NCBI GenBank assembly: GCA_039028615.1
Contig: JBCCHT010000002.1
Coordinates: 512,001-576,000, forward strand
Reading direction: 5' to 3'
From: Myxococcota bacterium
GTDB lineage: Bacteria > Myxococcota_A > Polyangia > Nannocystales > Nannocystaceae
Length of the DNA stretch: 64,000 nucleotides
Shown: positions 1 through 10,416 of the stretch, one piece after another
Layout of the letters: every line of letters starts with the position of its first letter
How positions within the stretch are numbered: position 1 is the first letter of the stretch
The notes under the pieces: generated by a model
What the model was told of the DNA's origin: nothing
Seen by the model: the letters and a program-made list of their open reading frames with translations, nothing else
Databases searched by the model: none
Translations under genes and position numbers: made by a program

Positions 1-1
1 G

Positions 2-1276
2 ATTGCACAGCTCGATGGTCCCGCCGTGCGACTCGACGATCTGCCGCGACAGCGCCAGCCCGATCCCGCTGCCGCCGGGCTTGGTCGAGAAGAAGGGCAC
101 GAACAAATTGGAAGGGTTGGCCAGCCCGGGACCGTCGTCGATGACCCGCAGCAAGACCTGCTGCCCTTCGATGCCCCAGGTCACCGTCACCTGCTCGGCC
201 CCCGTCTCCGTCACCGCATCCACGCCATTGCGTACCAAGTTGATGAGCAGCTGCTCGAGCTGATCGGGATCCGCATCGAGCACGACCTCGGGCCCCGGCT
301 CCACCTGGACCTCGAGTCGGTCGTCGAGCGCGGTGATTCGCCGGACCAAGGCCTCCAGCTCGACTTCGCTACGCTGGGGCTCGGGCAGCCGCGCGAGCTT
401 GGCGTAGGCCCCCATGAACCGGGCGAGGGACAGCGAGCGACTCTCGATGAGCTCGAGGCCGTCCCGCAGGTCCTGCTCCCACCCTTGCGGCCGGTTCTCG
501 GCCTCGGCGTAGCGACCCAGCGTGGCCGAGACGCTGGCGATGGGGGTGAGCGAGTTGTTGATCTCGTGCCCGATGACCCGCACCAGCCGGCGCCACGCGT
601 TGAGTTCCTCTTGCCGCAGAGCCCGGCTGAGGTCGGCGAGCATCAGCAAGGTGTGCGGGCGACCGCCCTGGCGGAAGCTGCTACGCCGAATCTCGCCGCG
701 GCCGTTGCCCCCGGCGAACGCCATCTCCACGATGCGCGGGGCGGGGCCTTCGAGCAGCTCGCGGAGCCCCAGCGCGTCGGCATCCGCCCCCTCCAGGCGC
801 TCGCGTGGCGTCCCGAGCAGGCGCTCGCCCGCGCGATTGACCAGCCGGAGCCGCGCCTGATCGTCGAACGCGAACACGGCGACCGCGATCTCGGACATCA
901 CCGTGCGCAGCAGGTCGGTGGCCTCGAGCGCGCCCAGCCGCTGCTCTCGCAGGGTGTCGGCCAGCGCATTGGTCTCCAGCATCACCATGCCCAGCGGATC
1001 GTCGCGACGGGCCTGAGACGAGCGCATGGAGTAGTCGCCGCCCCGCAAAGCCCCGAGCAGATTCGACAGGGTCTGGAGCGGGCGCACCACGGTGCGGTGG
1101 ATCTGCACGATGCTCACCGCCCAGGCCAACAACGCCACGCCCCACAGCACCGCCGACCACGTCCCCGAGCTCGGCATGCTCGTGCTCGCCAGCAGGCCGA
1201 CGCCCACCAGCGGCACGCCGCCGAGCACGGCCAGCAACACGATCCTCGGCCCGTGGCGCGAGGGCATGGAGATCAC
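2..1276 (-). CDS. Sensor histidine kinase (NtrY/NtrB-like; TM-HAMP-PAS-HisKA-HATPase), 3' end runs off the window
   Basis: Not in the ORF track. Manual translation from GTG 1276 gives 2 TM segments, H-box VIGHEINNSLTPI, N-box QLLINLVRN, DDGPG, FVPFFSTK and GSGIGL. GTGA overlap with the regulator stop. Confidence 0.92.
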   Translation of the reverse strand, partial: MISMPSRHGPRIVLLAVLGGVPLVGVGLLASTSMPSSGTWSAVLWGVALLAWAVSIVQIHRTVVRPLQTLSNLLGALRGGDYSMRSSQARRDDPLGMVMLETNALADTLREQRLGALEATDLLRTVMSEIAVAVFAFDDQARLRLVNRAGERLLGTPRERLEGADADALGLRELLEGPAPRIVEMAFAGGNGRGEIRRSSFRQGGRPHTLLMLADLSRALRQEELNAWRRLVRVIGHEINNSLTPIASVSATLGRYAEAENRPQGWEQDLRDGLELIESRSLSLARFMGAYAKLARLPEPQRSEVELEALVRRITALDDRLEVQVEPGPEVVLDADPDQLEQLLINLVRNGVDAVTETGAEQVTVTWGIEGQQVLLRVIDDGPGLANPSNLFVPFFSTKPGGSGIGLALSRQIVESHGGTIELCN

Positions 1277-2649
1277 GACGACAGCCCGTGCCGTTGCAGT
1301 CGACGGTAGAGCGCCGAGCGGCTCAGGCCCAGGTCGGTCGCCGCCGCGCTCACGTTGCCCTGGTGCCGCGCGAGGGCCCGACGGATCAGGAAGACCTCGG
1401 CTTCGTCCAGCGTCATCCGCTCCAAGGGAGGCGCGACGGCGTCGGGGGCCGCGGCCATGCGCAGGGCCAGATCTTCGGGCTCGATGTTCGGCCCCTCCGC
1501 GAGCAGTACCGCCCGCTCGATGGCGTGCTCGAGCTCGCGAACGTTCCCCGGCCAGTCGTGCTCGCGCAGCGCCGCCTCGGCCCCTGAGGACAACCCCTCG
1601 AGCTTCTTGCGATAGCGGCCCGTGAAGCGACGCAGGAAGGTGCCGGCCAGGGCCACGATGTCCTCACCCCGCTCGCGCAGCGGTGGGACCACGATCTCCA
1701 CCGTGTTGAGCCGATACAGCAGGTCCTGCCGGAATCGACCCTCGCGGACCTCTTCGGCGAGGTCGGCGTTGGTCGCCGCGATGACCCGCACGTCGACCCG
1801 CCGTACCCGCGACGAACCCAGAGCGTGGAACTCCCCGGTCTGGAGCACGCGCAGCAGCTTGGTCTGCTGGCTCATCGGCATGTTGGCGATCTCGTCGAGA
1901 AACAGGGTCCCGCCGTCGGCCAGCTCGAAGCAGCCGGTCCGCGCCTGCTTGGCGTCGGTGAACGCCCCGCGCACGTGACCGAACAGCTCGCTCTCCAGCA
2001 GGCCATCGGCCAGGCCTCCCGCATTGATCGTCACCAACGGCCGCTGTGCTCGTTGAGAGGCTTGGTGCACCAGCTCGGCCACGATCTCCTTGCCCGAGCC
2101 GGGCTCCCCGGTGATGAGCAAGCTGGCATCGGAGGGCCCTACCCGCTCGACGACGCGCAGCACGGGCTCCATCGCGCGCGAGTGCATGACCAGCTCGGCC
2201 CCGTCCCGACCACGCAGTCGTCGTCCCAGATCCTCGAGCCTCGCGCTGCGTCGCAGGGCTCGACCGAGCTCCACCTGCGTGCGCAGCACGGCGAGCAGCC
2301 GGTCGTTCTTCCACGGCTTCTCGACGTAGTCGCGGGCGCCGGCCCGCACGGCCGCGACCGCCCCCTCCACGCTGCCCCACGCGGTCATCACCACCACGGG
2401 CAGGCCCGGTTCGCTGCGACGCAGCTGCGCCAACAAGTCGAGACCTTCCGCCCCCGAGGTCGTGTCGCGGGAGTAGTTGAGATCGACGAGCGCGACGTCG
2501 AAGTCCCCGGCCGACGCCGCAGCCAGAGCCGCCGCGGGCGAGCCCACCTCCTCGAGCTCGTAGCCCTCCGAACGCAGCAGCAGGCGCAGCGCGGTGAGCA
2601 CGTCCCGCTGGTCGTCGGCGACCAGCACCCGAGGTGGCGGCGAGGACAC
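1273..2649 (-). CDS. Sigma54-dependent response regulator (REC-AAA+-HTH, NtrC family)
   Basis: VLVADD receiver, GEPGSGKE Walker A, ESELFGH..GAFTDA, LFLDEI, WPGNVREL, C-terminal HTH. Start at GTG 2649 or further upstream. Confidence 0.95.
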   Translation of the reverse strand: MSSPPPRVLVADDQRDVLTALRLLLRSEGYELEEVGSPAAALAAASAGDFDVALVDLNYSRDTTSGAEGLDLLAQLRRSEPGLPVVVMTAWGSVEGAVAAVRAGARDYVEKPWKNDRLLAVLRTQVELGRALRRSARLEDLGRRLRGRDGAELVMHSRAMEPVLRVVERVGPSDASLLITGEPGSGKEIVAELVHQASQRAQRPLVTINAGGLADGLLESELFGHVRGAFTDAKQARTGCFELADGGTLFLDEIANMPMSQQTKLLRVLQTGEFHALGSSRVRRVDVRVIAATNADLAEEVREGRFRQDLLYRLNTVEIVVPPLRERGEDIVALAGTFLRRFTGRYRKKLEGLSSGAEAALREHDWPGNVRELEHAIERAVLLAEGPNIEPEDLALRMAAAPDAVAPPLERMTLDEAEVFLIRRALARHQGNVSAAATDLGLSRSALYRRLQRHGLSS

Positions 2650-2713
2650 GGTAGGGCAAGGATAGGCCACCAAACGCCGCTCTGGAGGGATCTGAGGGGT
2701 GTGTTCGAAGGGT

Positions 2714-2748
2714 GTTCGGATCTGGGATCGGCCGTCCCAGGACCGAAC
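2714..2748. promoter_or_regulatory. Inverted repeat, candidate upstream activator site
   Basis: GTTCGGATCTGGGA-N7-TCCCAGGACCGAAC (12/14 complementary), 55-90 bp upstream of a sigma54 promoter. Confidence 0.45.
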
Positions 2749-2801
2749 GATGAGCGAGCGGCGGCGTCCTCGAAACCCCCGCCGTCACGCGCCCGCCGGG
2801 T

Positions 2802-2817
2802 GGGCACGCTTCTTGCG
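2802..2817 (+). promoter_or_regulatory. Sigma54 (-24/-12) promoter
   Basis: GGGCACGCTTCTTGCG matches TGGCACG-N4-TTGC with exact spacing (GG 2803-2804, GC 2815-2816). A sigma54 activator gene is adjacent and divergent. Confidence 0.75.
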
Positions 2818-2829
2818 AATACCCTCGGC

Positions 2830-4074
2830 GTGGACGTCCCCCGCCCTCGCCGCCGCCGGATCCCGAGCGCCCTTTGGCTCGTCGGGCTGGTGCTCGGCGC
2901 CCTGAGTCTGGCCGCGTTCGGCCTCGAGCACGACGGCGCGACCACGGTGCAGGTCCCCGCCCGAGCGGTGCGCATCGCCGAGGTCGAACGCGGTGACTTG
3001 GTGCGGAGCGTCGGGGGTCGCGGGGCGCTGGTGCCCCTTCGGGTTCGGTGGCTCACCGCCAACACGGCGGCTCGCGTGGAGCGGCTCGGCGTCGAGCCGG
3101 GGGCGCAGGTGCAGGCGGACACGGTGATCTTGGAGCTGACCAACGCGGACATGGAGCTGGCCGCCCTGCAGGCGCGCAGCGAGCTGGCCGCGGCCCGGGC
3201 CGACCTCGCCAACCTCGAAGCTTCGCTGGAGACCGACCGCCTCGGACAAAAAGCCACCGTGGCCAGCGTGCGCGCCGACCAGCGCGAGGCCGAGCGCCGC
3301 GCCGAAGCCAACGATGCGCTCGCCGAGTCTTCCGCGGTGAGCCGCGACGAGGTCCTACGCGCCCGCGACCGCGCGGAGGAGCTGTCCTCCCGGCTCGGCC
3401 TCGAGCAGAAGCGACTCGGGGTGCTGTCCAAGGCGCGCTCGGCCCAGGTCACCGCTCAGCGAGCGCGCGTCGAGCAGCTCGCCGCCGTGGTGCAGTTCCG
3501 CGATCGGCAGCTGGACGAGCTCCACATCAAGGCCGGGGAAGCCGGGGTGATCGGCGAGATTCCGGTCGAGGTGGGGCAGTGGGTCAACCCGGGTACCGTG
3601 CTCGGCCGCGTGGTGCAGCCCGATCGCCTCAAGGCCGAGCTGCGCATCCCCGAGGTGCGGGCCCAAGACCTGCGCGTGGGCCAGGGCGCAGTGGTCGACA
3701 CGCACGTGGGCACCGTGAAGGGCCATGTGGCTCGCATCGACGCGGCGGTCACGGGGGGCATGGTGGTGGTCGACGTGCACTTCGACGAGGCTCCCCCGGC
3801 CGGCGTGCGCCCCGATCAGAGCGTGGACGGCGAGATCGAGCTCGAGCACCTGCGGGATGTGCTGTGGGTCCGCCGCCCCGCCCACGCCCAACCCCAGGAG
3901 CTGATGGGGCTGTTCGTCGTGGCCGACGACGGCGACGCCCGGCGGGTCTCGGTGAGCCTGGGACGCGCCTCGACGGATGCGATCGAAGTACTCGAAGGAC
4001 TCAGCGTAGGAGACCGCGTGATCGTCTCCGACACCAACGCGTGGAACGCCCACGACAGGATATCGGTGCAATGA
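2830..4074 (+). CDS. Efflux periplasmic adaptor / membrane fusion protein (HlyD/MacA/YknX-like)
   Basis: N-terminal TM, lipoyl-like halves around a long coiled coil, C-terminal EVLEGLSVGDRVI. The start of the 1825 ORF is antisense shadow. Confidence 0.88.
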   Translation: MDVPRPRRRRIPSALWLVGLVLGALSLAAFGLEHDGATTVQVPARAVRIAEVERGDLVRSVGGRGALVPLRVRWLTANTAARVERLGVEPGAQVQADTVILELTNADMELAALQARSELAAARADLANLEASLETDRLGQKATVASVRADQREAERRAEANDALAESSAVSRDEVLRARDRAEELSSRLGLEQKRLGVLSKARSAQVTAQRARVEQLAAVVQFRDRQLDELHIKAGEAGVIGEIPVEVGQWVNPGTVLGRVVQPDRLKAELRIPEVRAQDLRVGQGAVVDTHVGTVKGHVARIDAAVTGGMVVVDVHFDEAPPAGVRPDQSVDGEIELEHLRDVLWVRRPAHAQPQELMGLFVVADDGDARRVSVSLGRASTDAIEVLEGLSVGDRVIVSDTNAWNAHDRISVQ

Positions 4075-4793
4075 AGCAAGCCACCCCCGAATCCGGCGAC
4101 GAGCCGCTGCTGCTGCTGAAGGACATCGGCAAGGTCCACGTGACCGAGGAGATCGAGACCCACGCCCTGTCCGACGTGCACCTCGAGATTGCCCGCGGGG
4201 AGTTCGTGTCGATCTCCGGGCCCTCGGGCTCGGGCAAGTCCACGCTGCTGTCGATCGTGGGCCTGCTCGACGCCCCCACCCGCGGCGTCTATCGCCTGGA
4301 CGGCCAGCCCGTGCACGAGCTGTCCGCCAACCGCCGCGCCCAGCTCCGCAACGAACGCATCGGCTTCATCTTCCAGAGCTTCAACCTCATCGCCGATCTC
4401 ACCGTGTACGAGAACGTGGAGCTGCCCCTGGTGTATCGCGGGGTGCCGGCCGCGGAGCGTCGCCGTCGAGTCGACGAGGTCCTGGCCCGCGTCGACATGA
4501 GCCATCGCTTCAAGCACATGCCCGGGCAGCTGTCGGGCGGACAGCAGCAGCGCGTGGCCGTGGCCCGGGCGGTCGCGGGCAAGCCCCTGGTGCTGCTCGC
4601 CGACGAGCCCACGGGCAACCTCGACTCGGCCAACTCCGAAGCGGTGATGGACCTTCTACGCGAGCTTCATCGCGAGGGCTCGACGATCTGCATGGTCACC
4701 CACGACCCCCGATGCACCCGCTATGCCGAGCGCACCATTCGACTCTTCGACGGACGCATCGTCAGTGAAGACGACGCGATCGTGGCGGCCTGA
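4071..4793 (+). CDS. ABC transporter ATP-binding protein (MacB/LolD-like)
   Basis: [42 protein letters not shown] overlap with the adaptor gene. Confidence 0.96.
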   Translation: MKQATPESGDEPLLLLKDIGKVHVTEEIETHALSDVHLEIARGEFVSISGPSGSGKSTLLSIVGLLDAPTRGVYRLDGQPVHELSANRRAQLRNERIGFIFQSFNLIADLTVYENVELPLVYRGVPAAERRRRVDEVLARVDMSHRFKHMPGQLSGGQQQRVAVARAVAGKPLVLLADEPTGNLDSANSEAVMDLLRELHREGSTICMVTHDPRCTRYAERTIRLFDGRIVSEDDAIVAA

Positions 4794-4796
4794 CCC

Positions 4797-7238
4797 ATGG
4801 ATACGCTCCGCAAAGACCTCCGCTTCGCCCTGCGCTTCTTCTTGCGCCGCCCCGGATTTTCGGCCGTGGTCGTACTGTCGCTTGCCCTCGCGATTGGTGC
4901 GAACACGGCCATTTTTTCCATCGTGAACACGATCGCGCTGGGGGACGTCGACGTCCCTCGGTCGGATCGTGTCGTCGCCCTGTACACCCTCGACGAGAAG
5001 AACCCGGGGCACCTGCCGACCTCGGACCTCAACATTCTCGACATCGAGGAGGCCATCGCCGACCTCGCCGACCTGACCTTTTACACCTTCTACCAAGGTG
5101 AGCTCCGTGACGATGCGGGTACCCGCGCCGTCACGGGGCTGGTGGTCAGCGGCGATTACTTCTCGGTGCTACAGGTCGACGCCTCCCTCGGCCGGGTCTT
5201 CGACCACGAAGACACCGCCCTGGGAGCCCACCCCGAGGTCGTGATCAGCCACGCCCTGTGGCAGGAGCGCTTCGGCGGGGACGAGTCGGTCATCGGTCGC
5301 CGCATCAACCTCGGTCCGCAGCCCGTCACCGTGATCGGCGTGGTTCCCGAGGGCTTCGGCGGCACCACGCTGGCGAAGATCGACCTGTTCGTCCCCTACT
5401 CCGCCCATCGCGAGCTGCTGCCGCAGGCCGGGTTCTTCGACCAGCGGCGCTTCCTCGCCTTCTTCCCGCTGGCCCGCATGCACGATGGCGTCGACGTGGC
5501 GCAGCTCGATGCCGAGCTGGCCCGGGTCTCCGCCCACCTCGCCTCGACCTACGCCGTGGAGAATAGTCACCGGTACTTCGCCAGCGTGCCGCTGTCGCAC
5601 GCGCTGGTGGGGCCCGATCAACGCGCCGCGATCATCACGATGTCGGCGGTGATGATGACCGTCATCGGCTTCGTGCTGCTCATCGCCTGCGCCAACGCGG
5701 CCAACCTCATGCTGGCTCGGGCCGCGAGCCGACGCTCGGAGATTGCCGTGCGCCGGGTCCTGGGCGCCACCGCGGGCCGGATCGTCCGGCAGATGCTCAC
5801 CGAGAGCCTCATGCTCGCCTCGGTGGCCGCCGCCCTGGGCCTGCTGCTCACCAGCCCCATGCGGGACTTCGTGTGGAGCCTTCGTCCCCCCGGAGGCCTC
5901 GCCGCGACGCAGACCCCCACCATCGACGGCACGGTGCTGCTGTATCTCATCGGCATCACCGTCACCACCGGTCTGCTCTTCGGGCTGGCCCCGGCCTTGC
6001 GTGCGGCCGGAGTCGACCTGATGACGCCCCTCAAAGAGGAGACCACGTCGCTCGCCCCCACCAGTCGCCGGCCGAGCTTGCGCTCGGCGCTGGTGGTCCT
6101 CCAGGTCGCGCTATCGACCATCGCGCTGGTGGGGGCGGGGCTGTTCGCCCACAGCATGCTCAACGCCCGCAGCGTGGACCTCGGCTTCGAGTCGGAGAAC
6201 CTGGTGATCGCGGACATCGACTTGCGCAATGTGGTGGGAGACGACGCCGCGGTCGCCGCTCGCCAGCAAGAGCTGCTCGGGGCCGTCGACGCCCTCCCCG
6301 AGGTCCACCACGCCGCCATGGCCTCGCGCCCGCCGCTGGCCATGGGCGGCCTGCAGATGACCATCACCGTCGACGACCGCGACGACACCGACGCGGAAGA
6401 CGGGGTGCTGTTCAACGCCGTGTTCACCTCGCCGGGCTTGTTCGAGGCCCTCGATCAGCCCCTGCTCGAGGGACGTGACTTCGACGCCCGAGACGGCACC
6501 GAGAAGCCGGAGGTGGTCATCGTCAACGAGACCTTCACTCAGCGCTATTGGCCCGAGGGTGGCGCGCTGGGCAAGACCATCACCATGACCTTCAGCGACG
6601 TGTCGATGGAGATCGTGGGCATCGTGGCCGACGCCAAGGTCTTCGGACCCACCGAGGACCCGGTCGCGGTGGTCTGGCTGCCGCAGTCGGCCATGCCCCA
6701 GCGTCGTCACACCATCATCGCGCGCGTGCACGAGCCGGCCTCGGCCATGCCCGCGGTGGAGGCGGTGGTCGCCGAGCTCGGCGAGGACATCTCCATCTCC
6801 AACGTGCGTCCGGTGGCCAACCAGGTCGAAGCCGCCCTGTTCGCGCCCCGCACCGCCGCCGTGCTGCTCGGCACCTTCGGCCTGCTCGCGCTGGGCCTGG
6901 CCGCGATCGGCATCTACGGGGTCATGACCTACACGGTGCGGCAGCGAACCCGCGAGATCGGCATCCGCATGGCCCTGGGCGCCCGCCCCCGTGACGTCCG
7001 ACGCTTCGTGCTGTTCCAGGCGATGGGCCTGGTCGTGGCGGGCATCGGGCTGGGCATCGCGGGTGGTCTGCTGCTGCAGGACACCCTGGGCGAACTGCTC
7101 TTCCAGGTCGGACCCGCCGATCCTCTCGCCTTCGGCGGAGCCACGGCGGCCATGGGCCTGCTGTCACTGGTGGCGGGCTGGCTCCCCGCTCGCCATGCCA
7201 CTCGAATCGAGCCCACGGCGGCGATGCGCGATGCGTAG
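4797..7238 (+). CDS. ABC permease with duplicated MacB-PCD/FtsX domains (ADOP-like)
   Basis: DLRFALR..LAIGANTAIFS, LLIACANAANLMLAR, REIGIRMALGA; 813 aa. Confidence 0.93.
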   Translation: MDTLRKDLRFALRFFLRRPGFSAVVVLSLALAIGANTAIFSIVNTIALGDVDVPRSDRVVALYTLDEKNPGHLPTSDLNILDIEEAIADLADLTFYTFYQGELRDDAGTRAVTGLVVSGDYFSVLQVDASLGRVFDHEDTALGAHPEVVISHALWQERFGGDESVIGRRINLGPQPVTVIGVVPEGFGGTTLAKIDLFVPYSAHRELLPQAGFFDQRRFLAFFPLARMHDGVDVAQLDAELARVSAHLASTYAVENSHRYFASVPLSHALVGPDQRAAIITMSAVMMTVIGFVLLIACANAANLMLARAASRRSEIAVRRVLGATAGRIVRQMLTESLMLASVAAALGLLLTSPMRDFVWSLRPPGGLAATQTPTIDGTVLLYLIGITVTTGLLFGLAPALRAAGVDLMTPLKEETTSLAPTSRRPSLRSALVVLQVALSTIALVGAGLFAHSMLNARSVDLGFESENLVIADIDLRNVVGDDAAVAARQQELLGAVDALPEVHHAAMASRPPLAMGGLQMTITVDDRDDTDAEDGVLFNAVFTSPGLFEALDQPLLEGRDFDARDGTEKPEVVIVNETFTQRYWPEGGALGKTITMTFSDVSMEIVGIVADAKVFGPTEDPVAVVWLPQSAMPQRRHTIIARVHEPASAMPAVEAVVAELGEDISISNVRPVANQVEAALFAPRTAAVLLGTFGLLALGLAAIGIYGVMTYTVRQRTREIGIRMALGARPRDVRRFVLFQAMGLVVAGIGLGIAGGLLLQDTLGELLFQVGPADPLAFGGATAAMGLLSLVAGWLPARHATRIEPTAAMRDA

Positions 7239-7404
7239 ACGTTCGGCCTGGACCTGGTGGGCAGTACTCGCCGCCGGCACGGGCGGCGGGCTGGCCCTGC
7301 TGAGCACGGTCGCGTGCGACCCGGTCACGATGAGCCGGGGCGACGCGAGCGGCCTGCTCAGCGGCGCCCTGCTCACGCTGGTGGTCTTGCTGATCACCGA
7401 CTGA
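7231..7404 (+). CDS. Putative small membrane protein (57 aa)
   Basis: ATG overlaps the permease stop; basic N-terminus and two hydrophobic segments; GC3-rich codons. Confidence 0.5.
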   Translation: MRRRSAWTWWAVLAAGTGGGLALLSTVACDPVTMSRGDASGLLSGALLTLVVLLITD

Positions 7405-7446
7405 CGAGCGCACCACCTGGGGTCCGCTCGTCGGTCGGGACTCGGA

Positions 7447-8421
7447 CTAGTCGCGCTTGGCGTAGCCTTCGAAGCGGTTGGCGCGGACCGAGGTCTCCAC
7501 CCAACGCACGGTGCCGGTCGTCGAGCGCATGGCCAGGGTCTGCAGGTGCAGCTGGTCGCCGACCCGACGCACGCCCTTGAGCAGCGGGCCCGAGGTCACC
7601 CCCGTCGCCACGAAGATGACCTCGCCGCGCACGAGGTCGTCGAGCTCGAGGTACTGCTCGGGGTTGCTCATGCCCATCTTGATGGCGCGCTCGCGCTCGC
7701 CATCGTTGCGGAAGTTGAGCTTGCCCTTGAAGCAACCGCCCAGGCAGTGGAGCGCCGCCGCAGCCAGCACGCCCTCGGGCGCGCCGCCCGTGCCCATGAC
7801 CATGTCGATGCCGCTGTCGGGCATGCAGGCCGCCACCGCGGGGGCCACGTCGCCATCGGAGATCAGGAAGACCCGAGCCCCGACCGTCCGCAGCTCCTCG
7901 ACCATCGGCTTGTGACGATCCCGCTCGAGCACCACCACGGTGATGCCGCTGGGGTCGCGCCCCTTGGCCTCGGCCAGCGCCTTGACGTTCTCGGTCGGGC
8001 TCTTCTTGAGCGAGACCACGCCGTGCCCCTCGGGACCGGTGGCGATCTTGTCCATGTAGGTGTCGGGCGCGTTGAGCAGGTTGCCCCGGGCCGCGACCGC
8101 GAGCACGGCCAGCGCGCCCGGTCGCCCCTCGGCGCACAGGTTCGTGCCCTCGAGCGGATCGACGGCAATGTCGACCTCGGGCAGATCCTCGTTGCCCGGA
8201 CCGACCTGCTCACCGATGTAGAGCATGGGAGCCTCGTCGCGCTCGCCCTCGCCGATCACCACGGTGCCGCGGATGGGCACGCGATCGAAGGCCTCTCGCA
8301 TGGCACCCACCGCCCGCGCATCGGCCTTGTCCTTCTCGCCGTGGCCCACCAAGTGCGAGCAGGCGATCGCCGCCGACTCGGTCACCCGCACGAATTCCAG
8401 CACCAATCGTCGATCCATCAT
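7447..8421 (-). CDS. glpX: Class II fructose-1,6-bisphosphatase
   Basis: VVIGEGERDEAPMLYIGE, DIAVDPLEGT, PDTYMDK, ISDGDV, GGAPEGVL, ATGVT. Confidence 0.96.
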   Translation of the reverse strand: MMDRRLVLEFVRVTESAAIACSHLVGHGEKDKADARAVGAMREAFDRVPIRGTVVIGEGERDEAPMLYIGEQVGPGNEDLPEVDIAVDPLEGTNLCAEGRPGALAVLAVAARGNLLNAPDTYMDKIATGPEGHGVVSLKKSPTENVKALAEAKGRDPSGITVVVLERDRHKPMVEELRTVGARVFLISDGDVAPAVAACMPDSGIDMVMGTGGAPEGVLAAAALHCLGGCFKGKLNFRNDGERERAIKMGMSNPEQYLELDDLVRGEVIFVATGVTSGPLLKGVRRVGDQLHLQTLAMRSTTGTVRWVETSVRANRFEGYAKRD

Positions 8422-8615
8422 GTCTCGTTGCCTCGGTTCGCCTGCCCGAAATTGGGGCCGTCCGTATACCGCGGATCCGGGGCCACGACGCCGAGCAAGC
8501 GCACATCGCAGCCTGCGGGCCACGCCCGCCTCGCTCACTCCCGAGCGCCGCCATCCGGCTAAACATCATTGAACGCGCCCGCCACGGTGGTCGGGACTAC
8601 GTTTACCCAGCGGAC

Positions 8616-9101
8616 TCACGCGGGTGGGCGCTCACGCACGGCGGCGAGGCGCTCGTACATGACCACGGGCAGCCGCTCGGGGCGTCCCGTATCTCGGCGC
8701 ACGCAGCAGTGTCGGGTCTCCGCCCGCAGAAGCTCGACGGGCTCGCTCAGCCCTTCGCGATCGCCCGCCTCCACCATCACCCGGTACTGGAAGTGGACGC
8801 GCACCCGCGTCACCAGCGACAGCGTCGCGTACACGCTGATCAGGTCGTCGTAGAGCCCGGGCGCGGCAAAGCGGACGCCGATCTCGACCAGCGGCAGCGC
8901 CAGCCCCTCGTCTTCCATCACCGTGTAGGGCAGGCCCGCCTCGCGGATGAGCTCGACGCGGGACAGCTCGAGATACCGAAAGTAGGACGCGTGATAGACG
9001 ATGCCCATCTTGTCGGTGTCGGCGTACAGGATCCGCGCCTGCGCCACCCGACGCAGGGTGTCGACGTCGATCTCCGGGGTGAATGCACCAGGGGCAGTCA
9101 C
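8616..9101 (-). CDS. Acyl-CoA thioesterase (YbgC/FadM, 4HBT hot-dog fold)
   Basis: YADTDKMGIVYHASYFRYLE motif. Confidence 0.9.
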   Translation of the reverse strand: MTAPGAFTPEIDVDTLRRVAQARILYADTDKMGIVYHASYFRYLELSRVELIREAGLPYTVMEDEGLALPLVEIGVRFAAPGLYDDLISVYATLSLVTRVRVHFQYRVMVEAGDREGLSEPVELLRAETRHCCVRRDTGRPERLPVVMYERLAAVRERPPA

Positions 9102-9105
9102 GGCG

Positions 9106-10416
9106 TCAGTCCAGCGGATCCGGCGGCAGAATGCGGAGCCGGTGAGCGGGGGCGAGCGCGTCTTCGAAACGATCGAGCGCGGCGATGGCCGCCTGGAGCT
9201 TCGCCTCCTCGACCAGCTCGGTCAGGATGACCATGTCCACCACCTCGCTGTCACCGGGGGCCTCCTGGTTCATCCGCGAGATGCTGACGCCGTGCTCACC
9301 CAGGCAGCTGGCCACCCGCCCCAGCACGCCGGGGATGTTGGGCACGTGCACGCACAGGTAGTTCTCGGAGCGCTCGTCGTCGAGAGACATGGGCGTGCCC
9401 TCTTCGATCCGCGAGAAGGCCTGGGGCGGCGGACGACCTTCGGCGAACGACTGCAGCCCGCGACCGACCTCGATGATGTCGGAGACCACCGCGGTGCCCG
9501 TGGGCATCATCCCTGCGCCGCGGCCGTAGTACATGCTCCGCCCCAGCGCGCGTGACTCGACGAGCACCGCGTTGTACGAGCCGGCCACGTCGGCGAGCAG
9601 GCTGCCGCGGGGCACCATGCACGGGTACACGGCGAGCATCAGGCCCTGGTCGTCCGAGCGAGCCACTGCGATGCTCTTGATCACGTAGCCGAGTTCCTCG
9701 GCCATCTGGTGTTCGAAGGGGCGGATGCGGGTGATGCCCTCGGTGGGGATCGCCATGGGGTCGACCCGAATGCCGAAGCTGACCAGCGCCAGCAGGGCGA
9801 GCTTCTGGGCGGCGTCGATGCCCCCCACGTCGAAGGTCGGATCCGCCTCGGCGTAGCCGGCTGCTTGCGCGGCGGCCAGGGCATCGTCGTAGCTCGACCC
9901 CTCGCGGGCCATCGCATCGAGGATGTAGTTGGAGGTGCCGTTGACGATCCCGGACAGCCCCTGGATCTCGTCGCTGGCCAGGCCCTCTCGCAAGCTCCGC
10001 AGGATGGGCACGCCGCCGGCCACCGAAGCCTCGAAGAACACCGATACGCCGCAGCGGGCGGCCTCGTCGAAGATCTCGCGACCGTGGGTCCCCAGCAGGG
10101 CCTTGTTGGCGGTCACCACGTGCTTGCCCCGACGGATCGCGTCGAGCACGTGACTACGGGCGGGCTCGATGCCACCGATGAGCTCCACCACCACGCGTAC
10201 GTCGGGATCCGCCAGCACTTCGTTGGCGTCGGTGGTCAGCAGATGCTCGGGCACGTCCACGTCTCGCGCCCGCTTGAGGTCGCGGACCAAGACGCGTCGC
10301 ACCTGCACCGTTGCGCCCAGACGCCGTTCAATGCTCTCGCGGTTCTCGTCGAGGATCCGAACGACGCCCCCACCGACGTTGCCAGCGCCCAGCAGACCAA
10401 TCGCGATCGACTTCAT
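9106..10416 (-). CDS. hom: Homoserine dehydrogenase with C-terminal ACT domain
   Basis: GAGNVGGG, VVTANKA, EASVAGGVP, NGTSNYIL, GYAEADPTFDV, GRGAG. Confidence 0.96.
   Translation of the reverse strand: MKSIAIGLLGAGNVGGGVVRILDENRESIERRLGATVQVRRVLVRDLKRARDVDVPEHLLTTDANEVLADPDVRVVVELIGGIEPARSHVLDAIRRGKHVVTANKALLGTHGREIFDEAARCGVSVFFEASVAGGVPILRSLREGLASDEIQGLSGIVNGTSNYILDAMAREGSSYDDALAAAQAAGYAEADPTFDVGGIDAAQKLALLALVSFGIRVDPMAIPTEGITRIRPFEHQMAEELGYVIKSIAVARSDDQGLMLAVYPCMVPRGSLLADVAGSYNAVLVESRALGRSMYYGRGAGMMPTGTAVVSDIIEVGRGLQSFAEGRPPPQAFSRIEEGTPMSLDDERSENYLCVHVPNIPGVLGRVASCLGEHGVSISRMNQEAPGDSEVVDMVILTELVEEAKLQAAIAALDRFEDALAPAHRLRILPPDPLD

Noticed and set aside
1825..2829. Apparent long N-terminal extension of the efflux adaptor
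   Set aside because: Antisense to the response regulator and upstream of the sigma54 promoter.
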